Shown here: positions 24,126 to 32,000 of the stretch, one piece after another | How the letters are laid out: every line of letters begins with the position of its first letter | Numbering within the stretch: the first letter of the stretch is position 1 | Assembly (NCBI RefSeq): GCF_001458695.1 | Contig: NZ_LN885086.1 | Location: 3,210,001-3,242,000, forward strand | Source: Candidatus Nitrospira inopinata | GTDB lineage: Bacteria > Nitrospirota > Nitrospiria > Nitrospirales > Nitrospiraceae | Reading direction: 5' to 3' | DNA length: 32,000 bases | Notes under the pieces: model-generated | Database searches by the model: none | Told to the model about the DNA's origin: nothing | Seen by the model: the letters and a program-made list of their open reading frames with translations, nothing else | Position numbers and translations under genes: made by a program

Positions 24126-25214
24126 CTAAGTTCTTAGCAAAGAAGGAGAAAATGAACGGGCCACTTTAGCACACGGGTCTGGTGGAGACAAGGTAGAGTC
24201 CGGGTGGTGGTCTTGTGATTTGATTATCGATTGCTCATGTTTTCTCCACGCGTCCAGTATCTGTTCCGGGGAAATGGCCAAACAGACTCTTTCGGAACAA
24301 GCGGTGACGTGCTCCCACGAAGGGCACTTGCACGGTCCTGCGTGCAAGACAATCACGTGCGATCCTTTGGGCGCCCATCGGGCTGGGTCGGTCGGCCCGA
24401 AGAGTGCAACGGTGGGGACTCTCAACAGCCCTGCCAAGTGAGTGATGCCTGAGTCATGTCCGATGTACACCCGCGCTCGGAGAAGCGCACCGGCGACGGT
24501 CGTCAAATCGGTATCGCGTAAGACGGGGAGAGGACGGCCTATTTTCTCGACGATGGCCTTCACGGCTTCTCGGTCGGCCGGACCTTCCAGGAGAAGACAC
24601 TGTGTCTCCGCGTTTTTTAATTCGTCAATGACAGAGGCCAACGCTTCCGGCCTTGTACACTTTGCTCGGCTCCCGCTCCCCGGATGAATCATCACCATGG
24701 GACGATCAAGAGCAATGCCCCGTTTTGCCAGGCACATCTCTCCGCTCTGCTTGAGCACCGACGGAACGGGTATCCGCGGCACAACGGCCGGACCATGCCC
24801 TCGTTGTCCGATCGCTTCGCAAAAACGGTCACTCTGATGCGTCGCCGTCACAGTGGGGTCGAAGGGTGATCGTATGCGCACGTGGCCGATACCCCTCATT
24901 TTGAGACGTTTCTCAATAAGACCGTCATCATCCTTCAACCACCCGATGGCAAGCTCACAATCCTGAATCCAGGAGTACTTCTCGCTCGACGGAAACGATT
25001 CTTCACCGAACAAGAGATCCCGAATGGCGCCGGTTTCAAAAGAAACCCACTCTTCCACCACGTTACATTCCGACAGAAGTCGCCCGACGGGTTCATGGGA
25101 AGCGAGGACATATCGGTGGTTCGGATAACCGGCCCGAAGCCGTTGAAGAGCCGGAACCGCAAGGAGGACGTCACCGAGAGAGCCCGGATGAATGACGAGA
25201 ACGGTTTTGGGCAT
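24126..25214 (-). CDS. Glycosyltransferase family 9 (heptosyltransferase-like)
   Basis: N-terminal VLVIHPGSLGDVLLAVPALQRLR and the later IHPGSGS..K.......DSG..HLA......V.LFGPT pattern are typical of GT9 LPS heptosyltransferases. Confidence 0.85.
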   Translation of the reverse strand: MPKTVLVIHPGSLGDVLLAVPALQRLRAGYPNHRYVLASHEPVGRLLSECNVVEEWVSFETGAIRDLLFGEESFPSSEKYSWIQDCELAIGWLKDDDGLIEKRLKMRGIGHVRIRSPFDPTVTATHQSDRFCEAIGQRGHGPAVVPRIPVPSVLKQSGEMCLAKRGIALDRPMVMIHPGSGSRAKCTRPEALASVIDELKNAETQCLLLEGPADREAVKAIVEKIGRPLPVLRDTDLTTVAGALLRARVYIGHDSGITHLAGLLRVPTVALFGPTDPARWAPKGSHVIVLHAGPCKCPSWEHVTACSERVCLAISPEQILDAWRKHEQSIIKSQDHHPDSTLSPPDPCAKVARSFSPSLLRT

Positions 25215-25220
25215 TGACGT

Positions 25221-25835
25221 TTAACTTCCAATGCGAGGGCTTCCCGCCATTTTTCTGGCCGCTTCCAGCTCCTCCGGCGTGTTGACATTGAAAAACGACC
25301 GCCCCTCCGGGTCAAGGCCGCTCATTTCCGTCTGCTTGACCCATCGAACCCGAAGACTCGCCTCATCAACAACGTCTTTTATACTGAGCCGGCCGCTCTG
25401 CACCATCTTCTCGATGACCGGCAGGCACCGACTGCTATAAAGCGCATGTGTCGGTTGCGGGCCGAACTCGGAACGCGGAATCACGACATCCACATTGTCT
25501 TTCAATGAAACCAGGTATCGGATCACGATCGGACTTATGAATGGCATGTCGCAGGCGACCGCAAAAATATATGGTGTCCGCGATAGTTTCAATCCCGTGT
25601 AGATCCCTCCTAGACTTCCACGATTTGGGATAAGATCCCTCCACACCGGTGTGGCGGCCTCGATCATCGTGGAATCATCTCCGACCACGATACTCACGCT
25701 CTGAAAGACGCCCTGCAACACGGCGAGGCTCCGCTCAAGAAGAGTATGTTCGCCCACGGAGAGAAATCTTTTATCCTTTCCCATCCGCCGACTTCGGCCA
25801 CCGGCGAGGAGAATACCCGTGACGTCGGAGATCAT
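25221..25835 (-). CDS. mobA: Molybdenum cofactor guanylyltransferase MobA
   Basis: Start ATG 25835 (MISDVTGILLAGGRSRRMGKDK). Also GSLGGIYTGL and VACDMPF. The longer ORF-track N-terminus is judged non-coding. Confidence 0.88.
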   Translation of the reverse strand: MISDVTGILLAGGRSRRMGKDKRFLSVGEHTLLERSLAVLQGVFQSVSIVVGDDSTMIEAATPVWRDLIPNRGSLGGIYTGLKLSRTPYIFAVACDMPFISPIVIRYLVSLKDNVDVVIPRSEFGPQPTHALYSSRCLPVIEKMVQSGRLSIKDVVDEASLRVRWVKQTEMSGLDPEGRSFFNVNTPEELEAARKMAGSPRIGS

Positions 25836-25861
25836 TTCTTTCTTCTGAACAATCGATGGGT

Positions 25862-25898
25862 AAAAACAAAGAGGGGGTGGGAAAATCCCACCCCCTCT
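25862..25898 (-). terminator. Rho-independent terminator closing the cytochrome operon
   Basis: Perfect 12-bp GC-rich stem, agagggggtggg (25870-25881) pairing with cccaccccctct (25887-25898), and a 5-nt loop. On the minus strand it is followed by TTTGTTTTTA. It lies 35 nt downstream of the stop at 25933. Confidence 0.8.
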
Positions 25899-25932
25899 CT
25901 CGCTTGCCAATATTCTCGTGAGGCCAACCCGT

Positions 25933-27708
25933 TTACAGGGTTTTTCCTTTCTTCTTGTTGGCGCGGCGCGTCAAGACCCACCCTTCGAGAAACACAACGC
26001 CGACGGCAATGACAACAGGATAAATGTAGGTTTCTTGTGGGATCGGAGGATTCATAAACGTGTAATAAAAGGCCGATACGGCCATCTTTCGGCCCGCGTC
26101 CCCGTTGTGGCCGTCCCATGCGAAGAAGACCGTGGGAATGTATTGGCCCACTTCAAAAAACGTGTCTTCGTCATAGTCCTGGTCTTTCTTGTTTCCCAGG
26201 GGACGTTCGATCATCACGTACCAACGACCATTCTTCCATTCGCTTTTCAGGACTTTCAGATGCTCTTCGTAGTTATCGCGCTCCTCAAAGTCCTTATCCC
26301 ATCCGGTCCCTTTGAAAGCCCTGATGGAGCCATCGGCTTCCCACTTCACAATATCGACCGGAAACTGCTCGTTCGTTCCAAACAGGTAGCGTGGCTTAAT
26401 GGGAGCGGGCAGTTCTTTCCATTTGACAGGAGTTTCAATGGCGATGGCGTCGTTATAGACAGGATAGTTATTTTGCTTCGCCGCAATGGAACCTTCCTCT
26501 CCAGTGGTCGGTTCTTGTTCTTGAATATCAATGTTGACTGCCGTTGGAGCCCAGGGCAATTTTCCCTCGGCCACGCTCTTTGTTCGGTCATCCCATTCCA
26601 AGAGATAGGCAATGGACTTGTCGTTGTACAGAGACCGAACCCATATGTCATCAATTCGATTGACAAAATTTCTTGGCTTGTGGGTGATTTGCCCGCCCAT
26701 CGCGACGTAGCGTCGCGGAGCATTCTTCCACGCTTCGTTCTCAATATCAGCCGGAATTTCCCCTTCCACCATGTTTGAAGGGATCACAAAATTGATCTTG
26801 GGTTTATCGGTCAAAGGATCGATGGAAAGGGGTTTCCCCTCCTCATCACGCTCACATAAGGAATTCACAAAATTAGCAATGTCCCACCGCTCATCTATCG
26901 TCGTATTGTCCGCAAAGGACGGCATGGGGGTTCCATTGATCCCTGTCGAGAAGGTCCTGAAAATATTGACCACGCTGTAAGGGTCCTGCCGGCTTCCTCT
27001 AAAGTTCCAACATTTATGCCAATTGGCCGGCTGAATAGAAAATCCCCAATCGTCTTTCAAATTGAACGCATTTCCATCGCCACGACCTTCAAGGCCATGG
27101 CATTCGATACACTTCTTCTCAACGATCAGTTCGGATCCTCTTTTGATGCTTTCTTCCGTCGCTGATTTCGGTTTCAGCTCCGCCATATTGAGAATGGTTT
27201 GGGTCTCCGACTGCTTGTCCGTAAAGCTCCTATCTTTCACAAGCTGAGTTGTCACAAAGGCCAGCACTTGAAGTCGCTGTTCCTCAGTCAAAATACCTTC
27301 CCACGGCGGCATAGCGGATCCCGGCAATCCATGCGTCACTGTATCAAAGAGATCGTTCTGACCACGAACAGGCTTTTTGGCGTCGAAGAGGGGAAGTTCT
27401 CCGCTAGCCGTATGGCGAATTTTAAACGTCCCCTGATTAAAATTACGTGGGCGAGGCCAGAGCCGATCGGCGCCAGGCCCATCTCCGGCACCATCAACGC
27501 CATGACACCACACGCACTTTGTAAAATAGACACGCTTGCCGGCCTCGATCATTTCAGCGGAAGGCGGCGCCGCCAGTTCTCCCTTTTTAAATCCTTCAGG
27601 AATTCCCCCTTGAGCAAAAGCCGGAATTTCCATGCCAACGGTAATGAACACGGCCCCGAAGGCAATTGACAGCGCCAGCCCAGCCTTCTGAGTTCCACTG
27701 TTTTGCAT
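25933..27708 (-). CDS. Di-haem c-type cytochrome fused to an ethylbenzene-dehydrogenase/DOMON-like haem-binding domain, with a C-terminal TM anchor
   Basis: Signal peptide. CVWCHG and CIECHG with downstream GSAMPPW / GTPMPSF Met-ligand motifs. A ~300-aa C-terminal domain ends ...FFAWDGHNGDAGRKMAVSAFYY, reminiscent of EB_dh-type domains. Terminal TM helix IYPVVIAVGVVFLEGWVLT followed by RRANKKKGK. Confidence 0.8.
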   Translation of the reverse strand: MQNSGTQKAGLALSIAFGAVFITVGMEIPAFAQGGIPEGFKKGELAAPPSAEMIEAGKRVYFTKCVWCHGVDGAGDGPGADRLWPRPRNFNQGTFKIRHTASGELPLFDAKKPVRGQNDLFDTVTHGLPGSAMPPWEGILTEEQRLQVLAFVTTQLVKDRSFTDKQSETQTILNMAELKPKSATEESIKRGSELIVEKKCIECHGLEGRGDGNAFNLKDDWGFSIQPANWHKCWNFRGSRQDPYSVVNIFRTFSTGINGTPMPSFADNTTIDERWDIANFVNSLCERDEEGKPLSIDPLTDKPKINFVIPSNMVEGEIPADIENEAWKNAPRRYVAMGGQITHKPRNFVNRIDDIWVRSLYNDKSIAYLLEWDDRTKSVAEGKLPWAPTAVNIDIQEQEPTTGEEGSIAAKQNNYPVYNDAIAIETPVKWKELPAPIKPRYLFGTNEQFPVDIVKWEADGSIRAFKGTGWDKDFEERDNYEEHLKVLKSEWKNGRWYVMIERPLGNKKDQDYDEDTFFEVGQYIPTVFFAWDGHNGDAGRKMAVSAFYYTFMNPPIPQETYIYPVVIAVGVVFLEGWVLTRRANKKKGKTL

Positions 27709-27747
27709 AGCGTTCCTCTTCCTTAAATGAACAAGTCGGAAATACGA

Positions 27748-28785
27748 TCAATCCCAGGTTCGTGGATAGTACCCGGTATGCCAATATTCGAACAGAATGA
27801 CCTTCCACATTTCATCGACCGTCAAGTGCTGCTCCCAAGGCGGCATGACGGATGCCCATGGGAACCCCTCATTGGGAAGACCCATTCCACCTTTTGCGAC
27901 GCGCCAGAAAATAAATGTTTCTTGTAACTGAGCAATTGTTCCCGGATCAGTGAAATTCGCGGGGATGGGATTGAAGGCAAAAGCATGAAGGCCACGGCCG
28001 TTCAAATTGTCTCCATGACAGAAGTGACAATTTTGGAAAAAGATTTCTCCGCCTTCGCGGACATACTTTAAGTAACCTTCAGCCTTTTCGTCCCACGGAT
28101 TGGCATTCGGCTTCATGAGCCGACCCATGCCCTGCTCAACAATGAGCGAATTGCTATATTCTTGATCGTATTTGCCCTCAGGATTCACGCGATATGGGTT
28201 CAAAGAGGTTTGCAACACATACGTCTTACCGTGCACTTTGGTACTGGCAGGCGGAGCGGGATGCACGGTCCTCAATTCAATCGGTTCTTCCGATTTCGGC
28301 ATCATGACATTGTAAGAAAAGCCCCACGTCAGAATCGGGAGCGCGACCAGATAAACGTATCGGAGCACTTTATTGAACCCGGTCTGAGCATCCAAGACAT
28401 TCAAGATGGGTTGCTTGAACTTTTTCCAATCTTCTTCATTTGCGGAAACCCACATGAGAACGGCGACGAGCCCTACCGTTCCATACATGGCTCGAACGCT
28501 AAATGGAATGGGGGGATAGACCCTGTACTTGATGTAGAGAAGGAAGAAAATCCAAAATCCGATCCCTTGCCAGAATCTTGGAATTCCCATTCCCATCGCA
28601 TTGAGCATGTAGCTCAAACCAGTAAAGCCAAGAACATAGCACCCGACTTCGAAGAGCATCTGCATTGGCATGTACCCTTCGACAAGACGAATGGTATTCG
28701 AAGGAATAACATCGAATATCATTCCAGCCAGCAGTAGTAAACCGACAACCCCCACCAAGGCGCCGATCGACATCAGTGCTTTCAT
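27748..28785 (-). CDS. Polytopic membrane protein (about 5 TM) with a C-terminal mono-haem cytochrome c domain
   Basis: Hydrophobic N-terminal half, then GGEIFFQNCHFCHG...ASVMPPWEQHLTVDEMWKVILFEYW (class I cytochrome c pattern). RBS GGGAG upstream of ATG 28785. Confidence 0.8.
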   Translation of the reverse strand: MKALMSIGALVGVVGLLLLAGMIFDVIPSNTIRLVEGYMPMQMLFEVGCYVLGFTGLSYMLNAMGMGIPRFWQGIGFWIFFLLYIKYRVYPPIPFSVRAMYGTVGLVAVLMWVSANEEDWKKFKQPILNVLDAQTGFNKVLRYVYLVALPILTWGFSYNVMMPKSEEPIELRTVHPAPPASTKVHGKTYVLQTSLNPYRVNPEGKYDQEYSNSLIVEQGMGRLMKPNANPWDEKAEGYLKYVREGGEIFFQNCHFCHGDNLNGRGLHAFAFNPIPANFTDPGTIAQLQETFIFWRVAKGGMGLPNEGFPWASVMPPWEQHLTVDEMWKVILFEYWHTGYYPRTWD

Positions 28786-28835
28786 TGCTTACTCCCTTTA
28801 CGCTCTCGAACGGAAATATGAATCTTCCTTGCAGC

Positions 28836-30146
28836 CTATGAAATTTTCGGCGGCGGTGCCCCGACTTTCACCTGGGAGAGATAATCTACAATTTTCTTAA
28901 GAGCCCCCGCGCTCAATTTTTGACCAAATATTTTGGGCATCGTGTTGTCAGGGAACGGCTGAACCACGTACGCACTTGGATCCACAATCGACTCCATAAT
29001 GTACTCGGCCGGAGACTTGGCTGTTCCCTTGTAATCTGGCGCCTTGATGCGCTGAGCCGCCGTCGTTCCCTCCTCAAGCTTCGGGCCAATGGTCCCGACA
29101 GCCCCAGGAATGCCAGGTATGGTATGGCATGCGACACATTGAGCTTTGGCAAAAATTTGATCAACAGGCTCCGATCCATCCGCCATTAACGATGTCGCCC
29201 CACCTGCGGGTTTATCTTCCTGAAGCTGGGGGCGGTCCCCTTCAGGGATGAATTTTTCATAGGACTTGATCATCTCCTCAAAGGAAGGCGGTTCCAACCC
29301 TTCCCGCACATACATCCACGTATCAACGGCCGCCAACTCCGGAAGACTCAGAGAGATCGGTGGCTTATGAATGGCGGGCATAGGACTTTCTCTATCGTTT
29401 GTTCCCTTCACCCCATACCCTTCGACTACGTAACAACTCGGACAAGCATGAGACTCCGCAATGTATTCCTGAGCATTCTCGGCGGTTCCAGACCCTGGGA
29501 AGGCTTCTTTCACCGAATAGTCTCGTTTAGCCGGATTCCCCTTAGAATATTTGGGATCTTCCAGCCGCTCCTTGGAACGATTAACCAGCCCAAGCAAATT
29601 CGGAGCACGCTCCCCCAACATGCCGGCATGGAAGGCATGACACAAAGGACATTGTCCTTTTCCAATCGCCCCTTGTTCTTTATTTTTCCCGATTCCTCCG
29701 AAAATTATCTTCTCTCCTTCGTCGGCCAATTGCTGAGGCGTCATGGAGCTGAAATCAAGCTTCTCTTCTACCGGAGGAAATCCCCCTTCCACCTGAGGAA
29801 GCCAGTTTCCATATCCGGACAGAAACGCCGCGACAAAGAACATAAACCCACCGATCTTGAGCAGCGCGCTCAGATTGGTGAAGTACAAGGCCATGATAAA
29901 AGAGGTGGCGGTAATCATGACGAGAGAAACCGGCAGCAGCCTGCTCTCTCCGTAAAAATTCGTTTTGTAGTTGGCGATTGCCACAAATAAGAGAAAGGTC
30001 GAAATGATCCCGATAAACGTTTTAAAAACCGCCCGCTTTTTGGCGGAAGGATCACTGATCGATACCTGAAAATAAATAAGAAGCCCAGTCAGGACGGCGA
30101 GCGCCATCCAACCCATTGAAAGCGCCTCAGCAATCAAATTACCCAA
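28836..30146 (-). CDS. Membrane-anchored (about 4 TM) di-haem c-type cytochrome
   Basis: CPLCHAF and CVACHTI haem motifs with ESPMPAI / DNTMPKI Met motifs. TTG start at 30146 is supported by AGGAGGG 8 nt upstream. ATG 30116 is an alternative. Confidence 0.8.
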   Translation of the reverse strand: MGNLIAEALSMGWMALAVLTGLLIYFQVSISDPSAKKRAVFKTFIGIISTFLLFVAIANYKTNFYGESRLLPVSLVMITATSFIMALYFTNLSALLKIGGFMFFVAAFLSGYGNWLPQVEGGFPPVEEKLDFSSMTPQQLADEGEKIIFGGIGKNKEQGAIGKGQCPLCHAFHAGMLGERAPNLLGLVNRSKERLEDPKYSKGNPAKRDYSVKEAFPGSGTAENAQEYIAESHACPSCYVVEGYGVKGTNDRESPMPAIHKPPISLSLPELAAVDTWMYVREGLEPPSFEEMIKSYEKFIPEGDRPQLQEDKPAGGATSLMADGSEPVDQIFAKAQCVACHTIPGIPGAVGTIGPKLEEGTTAAQRIKAPDYKGTAKSPAEYIMESIVDPSAYVVQPFPDNTMPKIFGQKLSAGALKKIVDYLSQVKVGAPPPKIS

Positions 30147-30232
30147 GGTACTAACCCTCCTACCGCTTCACAAGAAAAAGAACGGCGACGCTGTCCTTCC
30201 TCTCACAAAGCCGATCCTTAGATAAAAGTCCA

Positions 30233-31954
30233 TCAATGGCTTCCAGCCGGCTGCGGAATAGCGCCAGGAACCCCGACCTTTGACTCAACCGGAGCCTTCT
30301 TCTCCGTCAAACTGCCGAGCCAGAAGACAAAGAGAATACTGATCCAGAAAAACAGAACGTTGGCCGAAATCACATTGGCCGCGAATCCTACCGTATGCGT
30401 ATAGGCCCACGGAGAGTTATCCCGCATAATTTCATTGACGTGCCAAAAGAGACGAACCGATGAACGAATATAGCCCATCAATCCCATCATCCAGGTAAAC
30501 GCGGTAGCCAGCATGATGAGCGCATATTGAGAGCGCGCCGAAATTTTTCCCCATTCGATCGGACCCAGCTGCTTGGCTCCCTTCATCATCATGCTATTGA
30601 GCGTGAACATGAAAAAGAGACACGAAAGAGTCGTTGCGACCTGAGGCACAGACAGGCCGACGCGTACGTTCGCAGGAATGTAATAGCCGTATATCGCGAG
30701 GAATATGATGTTTATATATGCACAGGCAAAAAACACCCCCATAAAGATATTGCCGAACCTTGCCCATGAGACAGTTGAAACTTTGTTGCCCCTCATGTAC
30801 CAGACAAAACTCAGCACGGTGGTTGTAATAATAACGTTAATGCCACCATTCTTCGCCGACATGACGCCATAGTTACCAAGAACCGGGTGCTGCTGCCCTC
30901 CCATCGCCTTCAATTCGGCAGGCGTCATCACCATGGTATGAGGAGTAATAAAGACCATGAATCCGCAGGCCAACAAAAAGACCAGGTACTTGATATATCG
31001 CTGGTACTTCTCAGCACCTCGCATGCGGCCCATGGCCTGCCATAAATAGTAATTGGTGCTCAAAAACAAGATCCCGATCATCGTTGCCTGAATAATAAAC
31101 AGCCAAGCCAGGAGACCGCCCATGAGCGTAATCCCCATTTGTTGCCTGTAGGCATAGACCTCTCTCATCAGCCAATAGCCGGCAAACGGAAGAGGAATGA
31201 GGAAGGCCACCCCGAGCGCCATCGCGATGTATCCCATCCAATCATAATGAGCGCGCTCTTCCTCTGTTTTTGCAGCCAGAAACTTATAGGCTGCGTACGC
31301 CGCCACCACGCCGCCACCGAACGCCATGTTGCCGAGAATACGGTGGAGGTTCAGCGGATTCCACAAAGCCGTGTGAATGACATGCCAAATATTCCCCAAA
31401 TAGCGGCCCTGCTCATCGACACCGGCTGGCGACATCATGAAACCGATCCACGAATTCGCCAAAAACATGAGCAGCGTGCCAATCACGTTCAGAATGACGG
31501 ACATGCTCAAGTGGATCCATTTCAGGAACCCCTCTTTCATTTTGTCCCAGCCATAGTAATAGATATAAAGGGTTCCACTCTCCGCAACGAACATCAAGGC
31601 ATAAATGTGCATCACGGGACGGAAAATGCTTGATAGGTACGAGAAAAAGGTTGGATACAGCGTCAGGAATGTAAAAATAAGAATCCCGCCCAGGATGGCC
31701 GTCAGCGAGTAGGCGGTCAGGCTGATCTTAATAAAATCATACGCCAACTGATCATATCGCTTAGCAAGCGCCTTATCCTTCGTGACCACCCCCATAAACT
31801 CAATGATCATGCAGAAAATCGGCACGGCAAGAACAAAACTTCCATAATAGAGATGCTGCTGATTGGCAAACCAGAGCAAGACACGGCTTTCAAAGTTGTA
31901 TCGCGGATAATCGGCGGGGCCGTCCGTCGTTTTAGGCGCAGGAGCGCCGACCAC
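30233..31954 (-). CDS. Cytochrome bd-like oxidase subunit I family protein (CydA-like, about 13-14 TM); 5' end uncertain
   Basis: CydA-type motifs are present: N-terminal His in WFANQQHLYYG, then FLANSWIGFMMSPAGV and WNPLNLHRILGNMAFGG. The ORF-track start is a GTG at 31954, but the frame stays open (…KVEKARDVYYKTEGI) to the window edge at 32000, so the true start may lie outside the window. Confidence 0.85.
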   Translation of the reverse strand: MVGAPAPKTTDGPADYPRYNFESRVLLWFANQQHLYYGSFVLAVPIFCMIIEFMGVVTKDKALAKRYDQLAYDFIKISLTAYSLTAILGGILIFTFLTLYPTFFSYLSSIFRPVMHIYALMFVAESGTLYIYYYGWDKMKEGFLKWIHLSMSVILNVIGTLLMFLANSWIGFMMSPAGVDEQGRYLGNIWHVIHTALWNPLNLHRILGNMAFGGGVVAAYAAYKFLAAKTEEERAHYDWMGYIAMALGVAFLIPLPFAGYWLMREVYAYRQQMGITLMGGLLAWLFIIQATMIGILFLSTNYYLWQAMGRMRGAEKYQRYIKYLVFLLACGFMVFITPHTMVMTPAELKAMGGQQHPVLGNYGVMSAKNGGINVIITTTVLSFVWYMRGNKVSTVSWARFGNIFMGVFFACAYINIIFLAIYGYYIPANVRVGLSVPQVATTLSCLFFMFTLNSMMMKGAKQLGPIEWGKISARSQYALIMLATAFTWMMGLMGYIRSSVRLFWHVNEIMRDNSPWAYTHTVGFAANVISANVLFFWISILFVFWLGSLTEKKAPVESKVGVPGAIPQPAGSH

Positions 31955-32000
31955 AATGCCTTCGGTCTTGTAGTAGACATCTCTCGCCTTTTCAACTTTT

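Noticed and set aside
1-32000. CRISPR arrays, tRNA/rRNA genes, transposases, integrases and prophage genes.
   Set aside because: No regularly spaced repeats and no tRNA-like TpsiC-arm motifs outside coding sequence (the gttcgaatc at about 19436 is inside secD). No ORF has transposase, recombinase or phage hallmark motifs.

Overview
High-GC bacterial chromosomal window (hand-counted sample lines give about 60-70% GC up to ~24.1 kb and about 43-55% after). Nearly all genes are on the minus strand. The content suggests a Nitrospira-like nitrite oxidiser, but this is inference only. There are four blocks. (1) 1-8.5 kb is an accessory, defence-type island. It holds the 3' end of a WD40-repeat gene, a RelE/ParE-type TA cassette bracketed by ~180-bp direct repeats, a Type III R-M system (mod 4831-7503, res 1053-4172) with a DUF2281/PIN (VapBC-like) TA pair wedged between mod and res, and a second VapBC pair upstream of mod. 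(2) 8.5-10.7 kb holds a SIMPL/DUF541 protein, a thioredoxin-fold protein and a 515-bp gene-free, locally AT-rich spacer between convergent genes. The spacer carries two perfect and two near-consensus DnaA boxes plus internal 12-mer repeats. An unlisted 58-aa ORF follows it. (3) 10.7-18.1 kb is a co-directional string: a multi-PAS sensor kinase, a sigma-54-dependent response regulator with an unusual 4-Cys linker, a BamE-like lipoprotein, three tandem paralogous lipoproteins of unknown function, and a small secreted protein. (4) 18.1-25.9 kb is housekeeping (secF, secD, yajC, tgt, argS, a GT9 glycosyltransferase, mobA). It is followed at 25.9-32.0 kb by a terminator-delimited operon: a cytochrome bd-like (CydA-family) polytopic protein that lacks a Q-loop and has no cydB partner, plus three membrane-anchored c-type cytochromes with five CxxCH motifs in total. 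One of these is fused to an ethylbenzene-dehydrogenase/DOMON-like domain. I rank this operon as the most interesting candidate system. No rRNA, tRNA, CRISPR array, transposase or integrase was recognised.
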